Assembly: GCA_977020255.1 (NCBI GenBank)
Contig: CDROCS010005180.1
Location: 62,001 to 126,000, forward strand
DNA length: 64,000 nt
Origin: Obrimoposthia wandeli
Taxonomy: Eukaryota
Direction: 5' to 3'
Positions within the stretch are counted from its first letter, which is position 1. Every line of letters begins with the position of its first letter. Shown in pieces: positions 23,201 through 37,088 of this stretch. The translations under genes were made by a program, and so were the position numbers. The notes beneath the pieces are model-generated. The model saw nothing but the letters and a program-made list of their open reading frames with translations, made no database searches and was not told the DNA's origin.

Positions 23201-25433
23201 AATCATCAAGTGACCAGAGTGGTGAGTTGAAGAAATACCAGACCAATAGAAGAAGTGACACACAGAGGAGAATAGAAAATCAGTGGACGAAAATAATGAT
23301 TAATCAGGAATAACCAGAAAATTGATATGAAAGAAGCATTACCTCTACAAGAAAATAAAAAATATCTTGGACACCATACAGAAGAAGAAGAATTTTAAAG
23401 GAAGCCGCAAGAAGGTCGACTCAACCAAGAACAGGTTGCAACAAGAGAATTGAATCATACGACAAGCAGCACTACAGAAGGACCGATATTTATACGGTGA
23501 GTAATCCTATATTGTAATTTTAAATCTAAACTTCGAAATTGAGCAAATTACAATTTAAACTAGTAAAATTGTGTTTATTTATCCTGTAGCAGGATCATTA
23601 TTTTTGGTAAAAATAAAATCTGGGTAAAATTCTTAAGCATGAAACACGCTCAAGCCTTCTTTAACTTTTAACCCTATTGTTTAGTCAAAATAAAATCAGC
23701 CTGTAAACGACACAAAACACATTATCCCAGACACATATTGATCAATTGGTCAGAGTTTACGTGATTCTTTTTAACATTGTTGTTGTGTAAAATTCTAGTT
23801 TTAACCGACTTATTATATTTAATATTTTGATTTTGGTAATAAAATAAAGCACTTTATATTTTGAAAAAAATCGTTCTAAAATTCGACAAATAAGACAAAG
23901 ACAATACGATAATTTTTGAGAATATTTTTGTCGTACACGTTTTAAAACATAGAGAATAACCCTACGGTTTTAGCCGAAAAACATAAATTTTTAAAAGTCA
24001 TCGACTCTCTGATTAAGCGAAGATTTACAATTAAATGAGGTATAAAAAACGTATACCTTCAGATAATTTTTGAGACGAATAAGAGGATAGGCCGTCTATA
24101 CAAGTCCTATCAATTTAAAAAACTCACGCACCAGAGGCTTCCCTAAGTAGCGTTACAACTCTGGTTCCAACACCTTCATTATCTAAATTCTGTAAGCTGT
24201 GTAAGTGGGAAAATGTGTATTTCAAACATTACAATAATATTGGGTTTGGTATTGGTTTGTCATATTTTTGAAAAATAGAAAAAACTTTAAATTATTTTTT
24301 AAATTGGAAAATGTAGACTAAAGAATTTTTTTTTATTTTTTCACTTTTGAATTTAAGCAAAAATTTCAAGATTAATAAATAAAAATGTTGCAAATATCCC
24401 AGTAATAGGAAAATGGTTAGACCAGAGCACTATCTAAAAAGGGAGTAATAACAACGTTTTGGGTTGTGGTCTGGTCTATCCAATTTCCTATTACTATCTT
24501 TGTAGGGCAAGCCCAGTGTGTTGGAGTAACAACTAATGAAACTAATAGGTTTAAACACTAACCTTTGAGATTGTAGTAGATTTATTAAAATTAGTCTTCT
24601 AAATAAAAAATTGCAACATAAATAAGCATTTGAACTTAATCTAATCAATTCTAGAATCTAATTCTTTCCAGTATGATACCCCAACAATTCAAATTAATGT
24701 TAAATCATTTTATTCCATATCTCTAGTGATAAATTTACCAATGTCATCAATTTTTATATAATGTCTTTCTCAAGCTTTTAATTAGTTAAATAAGGCTATT
24801 TTGTTGGCTAAGTATCAATGGAAATAAAAATAATATACCTGGTATTTTCGAGATTTTGTAATTCTAATTCCAACGGGTGAATTTTTTTAAATGAAAAAGT
24901 AATAAGATTTATAAAATTTGCTTGAACTAATACACACTACAAATGAATATAATTTTCGTTATTACATAATTTATTATAAAGTTTAAAATGCAAATAATAA
25001 TAAAATATTTATTTTATATTCGAAACATTTTTATTAGCATTTATTTACTTCAAAATTAAATATATTAAATGTAATTATATTTCTTTGCTAGTCCCCTAAG
25101 AAAATTTATCTTTAAGAAATAATAAGTAATGCATGTTTACTGAATTTTATAACCTTTTTTTAATTAAAATTTAGTTAGATAAAACAGAAACTTGTATTTT
25201 TTAAATTTTACACAATTTGCAAATATTTAGAGTCTATATTGAAAGTTATTTTAAATTTAACATGGTACTGAGGAATTGTTTTTATTTTCTTGTTTAGTTG
25301 TACCATTTGTTTATATCTGTTTAAATTGTTTTCGAAAGTGTAATTACACAAAGAAATACTGTGTAAATTGTAAATTATTATAATTTTAAGCCCCTTAATA
25401 TATTTATTTAGATTTCAAAATTAACCCATAGAA

Positions 25434-27363
25434 ATGAACATTCAAGGAGGAGATCAGAATGACCAAGCCCTGTGGAAACAGTATCTAAATATACCAGAAA
25501 AAGATTCGAGACTTAAAACTGTTGATGTAACTGCAACCCAAGGAAATTCATTTGACGATTTTTGTCTCAAAAGAGATATTTTGAAAGGAATTTATGAAAA
25601 AGGCTGGGAGATGCCATCTCCCATTCAAGAGGCCAGTATTCCTATTTCACTAATTGGTAGAGATATTTTAGCCAGAGCTAAGAATGGTACTGGTAAGACT
25701 GGTGCTTATTCTATCCCATTGTTGGAAAAAATTGACCCAAACATTAATCAAATTCAAGGTATAATATTAGTTCCAACTCGGGAATTGGCCTTACAAACTA
25801 GTCAAATTTGTACAGAATTGGCCAAACATACCGAGACAAAAGTAATGGTAACTACTGGAGGCACAAGTTTAAAAGATGATATTGTGAGATTGCAGCAATC
25901 TGTTCATATTATAATTGCAACACCCGGTAGAGTTCATGATTTAATTAAACGAGATATTATATCGACAAACTTTTGTAAAATTCTAGTAATTGATGAAGCT
26001 GATAAACTTCTTTCAGCCGACTTCGAACAAGTTCTTGACTTCATCATTAATAAACTACCAAATCAGAGGCAAATCATGCTGTATTCAGCAACCTTTCCCC
26101 AAACTGTACAGTCCTTTTTAGTAAAGCACATGAAAGATCCTTACGAAATCAATCTCATGGATGAATTAACCTTGAAAGGTATAACCCAATATTACGCTTA
26201 CGTTCAAGAAAGACAGAAGGTCCACTGTTTAAATACATTATTTTCTAGATTACAGATAAATCAGTCAATTATTTTTTGTAACACTGCTCAGCGTGTAGAA
26301 TTGCTTGCAAAGAAAATAACCGACTTGGGATATTCGTGCTATTATATCCACGCCAAAATGAATCAAGTTTACAGAAATAGAGTTTTCCATGAGTTCAGAA
26401 ATGGAAATTGTCGAAATCTAGTCTGCACTGATCTGTTTACCCGTGGTATAGATATACCGTCTGTTAATGTTGTGATAAATTTTGATTTTCCAAAATATGC
26501 CGAAACATATCTCCACCGGATTGGAAGATCGGGTCGATTCGGTCACCTTGGTATTGCAATTAACCTTATTACGTACGAAGATCGCTTTGCGTTGAAGAAT
26601 ATAGAAACGCAATTAAATACGGAAATCAAGGCTATCCCTAAAGCAATTGATAAACGGCTATACGTGGCTGAGTGTCAGAATGAAAAAGAGCTTGATGCGC
26701 GAACCCGAGATGCGCTCGCTCGTGGTGAAGGCCAACTTCTCGAGCTGGATCCAATACAGTGAGTTAATAAAATTATTTTAATAGAACCCCAAACTACGCT
26801 TTTATAATTTATAAACTTATTTTGTTATGTATTGTATAAGGCTCTAAAATCTATAGATTTTCATGATACTTACAGAAATATTGAAAGCCGTAAATTTTCT
26901 TCTGTCTTGGTTTAAATTTTAAATAATAATAATTCAGTTTTAAATTGAAATTTTCAGCATTTCTTTTATTGTTATTACATAATAGGTGTGCTATTTTATG
27001 AAAATAAATGCTGGTCGCTATTCTTAAAACAATATCTAATTTAAATTGTAAATTAGTTATTTTTGTCTTCAATTTTTTAAAATATATATTTTAAAACCCG
27101 ATTAATTTTGAAAATACATTTAAAGACCACTTTGTGTTACATTTTTGATTAGACTTGCAGAATATGATTATGTTAATATCTTCATTTGCCAGTTAATAAT
27201 CAATTTCTTTCTCAGACAAGCTATGGCGAATGGGCCAATTACCAATGTACAGAAACCGAACCCACCCGTTCAGAAGCAAAACCCCATGAATCAAGGCGCG
27301 CGCAACGACTTTAATAACGCCTACTCTCAACGGCAGCTTCCCCAACAAAATATTCGACAGTAA
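25434..27363 (+). CDS. DDX6: DEAD-box RNA helicase DDX6/Me31B/Dhh1; exons 25434-26758 and 27216-27363
   Basis: [37 protein letters not shown] and RLYVAE are intact. GTGAGT donor at 26759 and CTCAG acceptor at 27215 join in frame to a Q/N/P-rich exon. Confidence 0.97.
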
Positions 27364-27799
27364 TACCTTGTCAAACCGGTGCTTTTGTACAGTAACTTTC
27401 ACAGTTTCATCAATTACTACTATTGACTTACTCAAGTATGAAATTGAAATCAAGCTAGATTAATTTATTATTCAATTCGATTGAAGTAATTTTTCCTGTT
27501 TCAAAAACTTTTTTCTCTGTTGAATTTTTTGTTACTTTGCGCCAATTTCAATTGGTATTCAATGAAATTCTTAATACGTTTAGACTATTGTGAGATCTAT
27601 ATTTTGTAAGTTTATTTCTTAATTGTTTGATGATACCCACAAAACAATGCTACATACATACGTTTCAGATTTATCATGTCTGGTTGGAATTTTCAATTGT
27701 TTTAACATTTTGTATAGTAATCATACATGAAGCATTTAATTTGTTGGTTTTTAAACAAAAAATTGTGCACTAATCGATTTAATAGTGGGTGTTGTGTGC

Positions 27800-30300
27800 T
27801 TAGTGATAATGAAAGTGAAAACCGTTAAAACTCATTGTTGTTTTTACCCCGGGGTGTTTTCTGAACATTCCAATTATTTGTGAGGCTGCAACTATTCTGA
27901 ATTGTACAGTATATTCTGGCCAATTATGACTGGTTGTAACCTCAGAAATCAGTGATGTACCTGCTAGTTAATGTGAAGGATTTTAGCCTTTTGTGATGGT
28001 CGCAGGTCGAGTGCAAAGATTGTAGATTAAGAAGCAATTTGTCGAGTGTCTTATTGTTGGTTGGCAAATTGTGTTGACTTTTTGAGATGGGATGAGAATG
28101 TTAATTTTTAAATTTTGGAGAAAGTTTTGAGTGAAGTATACTGGAGAACGATTAATAAATGTTTGAAGCTTTTATTTGTTATTATTTGATCCAATTATCT
28201 ATGTTTCAGTATTGATTGATATATACAAAGAAACTAATTTAATTATTATTTAAATCTTTATTATAATGACGATAAACTGATTAATTTCAAGGTGTCCTTA
28301 GAATTTAATATGCAATTGATCAAGTTTACATAATCCAAAGTTAGTAAGCCGTATGAAGTCCACTATTCTGGGATATTGATTAAATATACTTGAATGTATT
28401 TATACAAATTGTGTTTTTTTTAATTGTATTTCATTATGTTAATAAAAAAGGTATTATGGATTAAATTTAACCGTTTTGATTTACATTCCGATACACGGTG
28501 AATGTATCGATGTTTTTTAGTATGGTAATAAACGTTACATTTCAATCAAATTTCTTAACTGAAATTTTATATGCCTTATTTTTGAACTTTATTATTTTAA
28601 AATTTACTTTTCATATGCTGAAGATGAAGCATGATTTTTTAGATGAACAAAATTTGTTAAAGGACTTTTCTGATACGCGTTTCACATACTGAGTCTTCAT
28701 TTCGATACTGCTGTCAGTCTTGAATCTCAGAGGTATATACAGTTCGTGCCATTAAAAACGACACAAAGCATATGTCTATAGAAACTAATTGTTGAGACTT
28801 ACATGACGTAAATTATGTCTTTTAAGACTGCTTGAAAACAATGCTAGCCTTTTTGTATTATGAAGGATGAGTTGATTTGATAGCTAATCAAATTTATAAG
28901 ATAGGTACAAAATTGGTTAGTAAAGTCGTAAGTGAATTTTAGTTGATAGTTTTCTGTTTATAGATAAGTTGTTCTAGATTCTCCTTTCAGTTGTGATTTT
29001 CCATGAAATTTTTATTATGAAATCCACGTATGGATGCCCACAACATAAGTTGTATAGAGATAGGACTTATGAATATTTGTGGTTTACCTTGTTCAACTTA
29101 ATCAGAAAGTATTTGTAGTGCGTGTAGGTCTTGGTTGCTGCCGGTTAGGATTTAAATTAAAAAATAACCTGGCTGATTCTAAACTAGAATAATGGACAGT
29201 TATGGGCTGGACGATTCGACTTTTCTGTTATACAGTGCGAGCTTTTTTTAACTTTCAGGGGCGTAACGCGTATTGGTGAAAACTAGTTTTATTTATTCAG
29301 TCTCAAATTAATAATACTTATGACAATAATGATTATAAATACGAAAATCCTATCAACAGCGGATACGAACTTCTATATTACGCTACTTCAGGTTGCTTTA
29401 TCTGCCCAATTTGTTAAAACAGGCGGAACGATGTGTTATGGCGATCAAATGCGATAGATGTAAAAAATTATGATTATTATAAAGTAGGTGTAAAATCCAA
29501 CGTTACGATGACTAAGGTTACTGTAATTACGATTTAAATTTACAATGGAAATGATAAATTTCAATTTTAGACTACTACAATTATGATGTACAATTTTAAT
29601 TATGTTTATAATTACTATAATATTGAGCTCGCTGCTTACTGGTATTCGATAATTGTTCATTTGGTTTTCTTTGTGATTGTGCTGCTGCTCCGATACTAGT
29701 TGGTTCACTGTCATTTCGTTAGTCCGATTATTTATTTGGTTCGAGCTGGTGTTGAAGTCCTTCGTCCTAATTGATATATTTTACGGGTACTTGTATATTT
29801 TTTGAGTCTGAGTCCTCGTTATTTCGATTTCTCCAATTGTGGTTCTGATGATTATCTGGTTCGTCTTGAACCACATGTTTTCACTGGCTTGAATTTATGT
29901 AGCAGATCTGGTCCGGTTAGTTATTTTGGACTTAACTGTTCTGCGAAACTACGAATTCCGATGTTGATTATCCATTGAATCACTATTTTTGTTCTGTCGG
30001 AAGTTGGTGGTAAACGCCAGTTGACTGCTGATGGGGCTAACTGATCCAACTAAATACCAAATGAATGGGCCGGTTTAACTGGAAGCCGGATATTTGGTTT
30101 TCGTGTGAATTTGTCGCATTACTGTAGTAGTTTGACTCAGTTTACTGTTTCTTTCCGTGCAAACGTTTCGCCTCAATAACTATTATGTATGTGGTTTCTT
30201 GGTTTTGTCCCATGTAAAATTATCTGTGCAACTGTTTGATTTGTCAAGGCCATAATTAACTTGCTACTTAATTTTTTACAATTTTTTAAGTATATTACAT
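27800..30300 (-). mobile_element. Very degraded Ty3/gypsy-like remnant
   Basis: Weak traces only, e.g. AHNCPLFLV resembling the RT start and RKHPG.KN resembling the RNase H end. No intact motif. Confidence 0.3.
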
Positions 30301-30659
30301 TTGTTATAAATAGTTTAATTTTTTTTCTATTAATTTTTTCACACTTTAATACTGTTATGGTTCACAGCAATAATATACTGAATAAGTCGGTTTTGGTGTG
30401 AAAGCCAGGATTTTTGAATTTTATTTGGTAAACTGGGTTGAATTAAATGAAGTGGGAAAAGCTGCTAGATAAATGCAGAAAACCAGCAACGGTGTTTAAA
30501 TGTAGTCAGAAGTGATTATGACGTTAAGTGCTGAAAAGTATGAGGTGAGTGTATTCTCTGTGTACATCGAATAATGCAGATATAGAACTGGAAGTTCAGA
30601 TTAACGACTGGAAATAGTGGGGGATTTTCTACCAAATAAAAATGTCGACTTTGGCATGG

Positions 30660-31900
30660 CTAATAGAATGCATATATAGTAACGTATAGTGATTCAAGAA
30701 ATTCAAGAACAACACAGAACACAACTAACTCAAAAACATGTATGGCTGGCTGTTGAAGCTCAATAATGAAGGAAGAGTTATAGTGTTAATCAGGATACGA
30801 GCCAATGTGGAGAGATATATAACGAATAGGTGAATGATATGGAAGCTGTAGGTGCACTGAAACCTTAGAAGAAAAATTAGTGTTAAAGCAAGACAGTAGT
30901 AATTTCATTGTTTTATTTGAATCACAGGTGTAGAGGCTCGTGACGCAAATTTTACCCAATTATAATTATTAAATCTGACAGAGAAAACAGAAAACGAGTC
31001 TGTTTCTTCGTGATGTCTAATTGCTATTATTATTGCAACATGTAAAGTATTCACATCATTTCTAATCCAGCAACTGAAAGTATGAATATACGAAAATAAA
31101 CTGATTCATCCGATGCGAAAGAGTACTCGGAGATTTGAGGGCTTTACTGGACATTTTCTTCTAACTTATCAATACAATTGAGTATGAAAGTGATGTAAGT
31201 TCTTCTTGTGTCCTAAGAAAGTACAGGTACATTTAGAAGCATGCAGATTGAGTATGTTATTGGTCAGTGTATGGGTGTCGAGAGGCGTTCTGACAATCTA
31301 ATTAAGAACTTCTAAACCGACAGTGGCTCAAAATATTTCTGTGACTCAATAATGACTATGTCCATTCCAATCAACTGCGGAATTCTTCAAGATTTCTTCA
31401 ACATCGGTATCAACGCCATCATGGAGGAGATTTGCAAAGTGTTCTTTGGGGGTGTACATATCTGCAGTAAAGTCATCGACAGGCTATCGTAAGCATATGA
31501 CCTGCGCTGGTGGCATAGAGAAGCGTCCTTCTACAGGGCATTGTTCGATAGAAATTACACGCTGGAGTGGATTCATATTTTAGTCTAATAAATGCAGCTA
31601 CGATCAACGATGAGAGAATATAAAAAAAATGCCCATAAAATCCACAAACTGACTGACAAATGGATAGGAGTATCTGAACCTCGAGTCTGATAACCTTGTC
31701 ACAACATCAAGGTATAGGTCATTGTTACTGACATGAGCAACATAGATAAGATCAGGGACAATGTACTGTAATCATAATAGAAACTGTACGGGCACAAATT
31801 GTTAATTTCCTCTGGCCTAATGCTCGCGCTGAATGAACGTGGTAGAGCTGAACGCCTAAACTAGACACAACCTAGTTAGACGTATGCTGGTAGTAAAGGG
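30660..31900. mobile_element. Very degraded non-LTR retrotransposon-like remnants
   Basis: Plus-strand IVTYSDSRNS and VLIRIRANV resemble RNase H; weak minus-strand RT-like traces at 31.3-31.9 kb. Confidence 0.25.
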
Positions 31901-34900
31901 CTGCAATACAAATGAGAGGAGTACTGAAAATCTTAAAAAGGCAAAAGACGGACTAAACTCGAAGTTTCATTGTATAATCGGTCTTGGGTTTGTGCATGAA
32001 GAGTAAGATGTTCAATTGAATCTCTTGTACGTATTAAACTTTCATTTTTCTCGATAAAAATGTTTTGCATGTTGCATTTGAAGAACTGAAAAAACGTCAA
32101 TTTGAAACATAGAGATCAGCTCGTGTTTGTGCTCTATAATGACTTTCGAAAAGTTGAAAATGGAGAACCGTAAGTAAAACTATCAGAATCAGAACAGTTG
32201 GAGTACTGCACTATTTAATTTGTTAATAAAGAAACATCACAAACAATTTTTTTCTTGCCTGTAGGTGTGTGACAGCATGCATTCTATAGTAGGTAATTAT
32301 TCAGTTTTTACGGCAACATTCATTTTGGATAGATGCTGTTTTTTATCGGTAAGTTTTACTATGTATTGTTATTAATCTCATCTTATACTATAGGATGGTG
32401 TGCCGACTTTTTACAACGGCAGTAATCAGTTGGATTCGGTGTACAAACATGTATGATTTCATTTATAAAGTGTAATTGTGTACACACTCAGTTAAAGATA
32501 TAAGCAATACGAGCTATATGTGTACAAGGTAATGTGTGTGCACAAATGGATAATAATATCAAACATTCTCAATTATCTAAATCAAATGTGTTAATAACAT
32601 GGACACTAGTTAGAAATGTACTAGTTTTACTCAATTATTATAAAACCTATTTTAGAGAAGTTTATATTAATGACGATAATACAGAACAGCACCCTAGGAG
32701 ACGCAGAAAACGTAAAGAGTTATACGAACTGCCGAGATATGCTAACACAAAAAGTTAAATCCTGGCATTAAAAATTCTGTAACCGGTATTGTCAGGCATT
32801 CTTTTGAAAGTTTTTCTGCAGAGCATTTTCATATTTGAATATAAGAATTCTGTATAAAAGACATCGATAAAAAGGTATGTTCATCAGTTGAATTGGACAG
32901 TATTAAAATAAGTTTGCTCGCCAGACAATCATTTGTGTTTTTTCATAAGATTAATTTCCTTCAACATGCATTTTCTTAGCAACAGTTTCTTTTCTTACAA
33001 CTTTCTATCCAGTTAATTTCCAGTTTATCATTATCTAGATAATCAAATTCCTTTCCATACATTTGAACTTTTATAAGAAACATTCATCAGATATTGGCAG
33101 TTTCTCGTTTCGAGTCATACAAAAAATGTCCAAGAGCATTATCTACCTTCTCAGTTTTGAAATTTAATATCTTTAGCAATCTCCTGCATATATTGTCTTT
33201 AGTTCCTTAGCATGCTTTAGATATTCTGACTTTCTCCTTTTCTATATTAATGTTGTATTTTACTTTTGAATTAAGTCTCCTCGACATTCTTAAATATAGG
33301 TCTATGATAAATAAAACATGTCGCTCAATAAACGTATTTACAAAATATTGTAATATTCAAAAATGAACTAAAATAATAAAAAAATTAAAATATTGATTAT
33401 TTTAATAAATACTAAATTATTTTTTAACTTATCATTTATATATATTTTTTCTAATCAACATGTGACGAAATAGGTGAATAAATATCATATTGAGATCGTT
33501 TTTATGTCAAAACCGACGATTTGCTGAGATATACATACTTTTTCAATATACTATATAGGGAGAGTTAAACATAGAAAATAATTTTTGACAAGTTAGACAA
33601 ACTGGCGTGTTATGCGGTTTATAGTGTATTAGTTTATTCGAATATTCTGAAATAAATATTAATAACAATTACATAATATACTGATACACAAAGAAGAGAA
33701 TTGATCGATTATAGTTTCTTTAGATAGTAGTGATGAGTGACGAGAAATATCAATATTACTATCCTTGCATTGTTTTAATTTTCACCATCCTGTTCTCACT
33801 CTGATAACAGTTTATATTGGAAATATGTTGCTGCATTTGCAACTAGGTAATAAGATGGAAAATGTACAAGTCAAACAAAAGTCGAGATTCTACAAATACA
33901 AAAATATTTTAATCGATAATCACATAATATAGACAAATATATAGAACCAACTAAACTTGTTATATCTAAAGTGGAAAATGTTAAAAAAATCTTCTAAGGA
34001 ACAACTGTAGAATGGTTTACATAAAATAAACTGTTTTATTTATCGAATACCCACCAGGATATCATTGGAATTTGAGAGTAATAAATTTGATTTTCTAAGT
34101 TGAGATTTATTTTAGAAACACTGTTTTTCAGAAAATGGAAGAAAAAGTTTTACAAATACAAAATTGTTTTATTTCTAACCATAAACTCTTTAGAAATTAG
34201 TGAAATTTTGTTCAAATGTATATAATGATTTAAACATTATATATTATTGAATTTTATCAATAATATATTGTTTTAAAATCAATTCAAAAACAGAGAAAAT
34301 CTCGCATAAAGAAAGTAGCGACTATAATTTAAGTCCCCTTTTTTCAGAGACTGTTGTGATAGTGCTTCTAAAAAGGAGTTGAAGGAAATTGGGTTTAAAG
34401 ACGAAGCTAATGCTGATACGGTCGTCGCTTGGGTGATACATCAGCTTGCAGTACTTCATGACTGGAACCATAATGTGGTCGTTCTTGTTGTGAACGATGT
34501 TGTCTTTCCTGCAATGTTAGTGTACCCGATAATGATTTTGTAACAGACTTGTTATATCAGTGGTACATATTTATAAAGTATGTTTTACATTGTTTTGTAC
34601 ATAATCCGTATTTGCTTTATTAAAACTCGGGTCTCCAATATAACCTCGGCATATTGAAATAAATTAAAAATAATCTGAATCTTTAATTGTGCCAGGATAT
34701 CCGATGAAAATTATCTCCACCACAAGCATGGCTTTAATATGTAATAAATTAAAATGTTTATTTCAAAATACCTATAGATGTGTTCTTTGTTATTATTTAA
34801 TTGTATTTTCCGTAAATCAACTGTAATAAAAGTGTATAATTTTATTTTAAATGAATTTAACTCGGATCTCCAACAGAATAAATCAAACATAACCTGGGGT

Positions 34901-35298
34901 TCTATTGAAGGATAAACGGCATATTCTAGTGTAACGGCTGTGTCACTTTGTCATTCCTATAGATTCAACTATAGTCACGAATGGTAGTGAAAGTGTTAAT
35001 GAAACAATATTGTGAGAGTTTGCATTGCATTGCTTACCTAAATGTGTGTAAAAAGCATTATCCTGCTTTAAAATGCTATTTGAATTTGAAACTTTGATAT
35101 AGTTGGAAATATATTTTTGTTTACATATTTTATTTGAATAAATTCAATGCATATTATTTTTCGAATTGAAACGCATATTCATTTTGACGTATATAGTACG
35201 ATCAATTTGTAAAAATGAAATATTTCCAATATAGACTCTGAAATGAGTCAGGGATATTTAATTTTTAGTTAATTTGCAGATTTTAAAATATTTCTCGG

Positions 35299-37088
35299 CT
35301 AGTTTGTTGCTTTAGTTAGCCTTGACAGTGGTGCGTGACTCACCAATAGAAGATAGTCGCACAACCGATGTGCTCCATAGAGGAGCAACATTTCTGAACC
35401 ATATTGAAGCAGAAGAGCGCCGAATCCCCGAAAGACGGAGTCGTGAGGCTGTGGAGTTGCTGTCGAAGCTGAGGAGACCACAGAGGCAGCATGAAACAAA
35501 CCTTGGTAACTGTAGGTGACGGCCAGCATTTGGTGGGGCTTATCCACATTGTCAATGAGGATGCGAGTGCCCTGTACACAAAGTCTATTCACGAGCAACT
35601 CCAGCGGGTATAGTACCGCATCGGCCATGCCCACTCCAGCTATACTGGCTGTCAGTTGTTGCAGGTGGCGATGGTAGGCATCTTCCAGCTCCGGTTCCGA
35701 GTCACCACCCGCTGTAGTAGCCGCAGTAGTGACGGCCTGCGGTGACAGTCGATTGTTTAAATAACTAAAACATAAAGTCATTCGTAATCCTTATAAAACA
35801 CAACATATATAAATATTAAATGAAATGAATGTGCTAAAACAGATAAAGTTATTTCTGATTAAATTATGAAACTATAGTACAGTACTAGAGCAGGTAAGTA
35901 TAACGAGACTAACAGATGACTCCCGTTGATTGGAGGAGAGGAAGCGATAAACCAAGAAATGAGCAACACTCCTGACGACATAATGCAGAACAATATATGA
36001 TGAGATGGCAGGAACAATCTTCCACACGGGTAAAAGATGACTGACAGGCTCATGTCTAGTTGTAGCCAACCTTTTTAGTCCATCAGTGAACAGACAGAGC
36101 ACATTGGAGGAATCACCCGCTAAGTCACTCTACATTAGGAAGGAGAAAATTCATTTAAAACAGGAAAATAACTAATTTAAATAATAACCTAAGTGGATAG
36201 GGATTATAGTTACACAAAGAAGATAAACCTGCAAAATACTTATAGCGACTTATTGTATCTCTTAGCAACTCCTAATGAATAAAAATTTCCTTGATCATTA
36301 TTAGTTCAAAAATACCACTAAAGTTCCATTTGTAAAACTCTTACTAATAATAAACCCATTAAAATGATCAATCAACCTGTACAGTTTGTACTAAGCATGC
36401 TGCATAGAACGGAGCCATCAGAGCTGCAGAAACACTGTAAATAACGATTAAATTATGAGACAACCTAATAACCTCTTCAAAATGAGATGTTGAGACATTT
36501 TTTTCACCGAACTATGTTTTGTTACTTTCCTGCATAAATTAAACAAATTAGTGCATCAGAATAAGTACTTAGGCAAGTTGAATGTATCTCCAATTATCGA
36601 TTCGACTGACGATGTAGTTAGCCAGAAGCATAAAGAGCTTCCAATTCCCTTCCATAGACTTTGAAACCCCTATATTTATTATAAGATTACATAAAACAAC
36701 AGATTTTGATTACTTGACATCTGACTAATTTGAAAACAACAGGAATAACTGAAAATGGGGTCCAGTGATATCTATACGGGACATTAGTAATTTGGCATTG
36801 TCTCCGAATTGTTATAAGAGGATGCGGCAATATTATCTCAGTACATACCCTATATATTTTATTAAAATATATTTTGAAACAAAAACCTTGTAGCAGTAGC
36901 AATTACATTTGCAAGTTCGAAATAATTAAGCTTAACGTCATTAGCTAAACTATATTTTAAAAAATAAAAAATTAGTTGAAACCATTATCTCCTTGTGAAT
37001 TAATTTCATCATTAGTATTGTTAGATACTTCGGATGTATCTTGTAATTCTCGCTCATATTGCTCAGATAAATCTTTCCAGGTAGACAT
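35299..37088 (-). CDS. SLC25A46: Mitochondrial outer-membrane carrier-like protein SLC25A46; exons 37088-36983, 36944-36887, 36849-36714, 36669-36569, 36529-36473, 36434-36377, 36129-35914, 35736-35299
   Basis: All GT-AG junctions are phase-compatible. Motifs HPLITIRRQCQ, SLWKGIGS, HLILKS, PFYAACLVQTVQS, LYPLE..RLCVQGTRILIDN and FRGFGALLLQY match SLC25A46 in order. Confidence 0.92.

Larger units (their letters stand above)
4400..23500. mobile_element. Decayed Polinton/Maverick (adintovirus-like) region, probably pieces of more than one element, with later insertions
   Basis: Remnants of pPolB, adenain-like protease, penton, chromodomain-bearing integrase and A32-like ATPase. Boundaries approximate; no TIR pair and no major capsid gene recognised. 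Confidence 0.85.

Noticed and set aside
26759-26784. 26-nt micro-intron at the DDX6 3' end
   Set aside because: Shorter than the other introns in the window and yields an AT-rich hydrophobic tail. The 27216 exon is a better in-frame candidate.
34330-34560. Open minus-strand stretch as an extra SLC25A46 exon
   Set aside because: SLC25A46 already ends with a stop at 35299 and the peptide has no carrier similarity.
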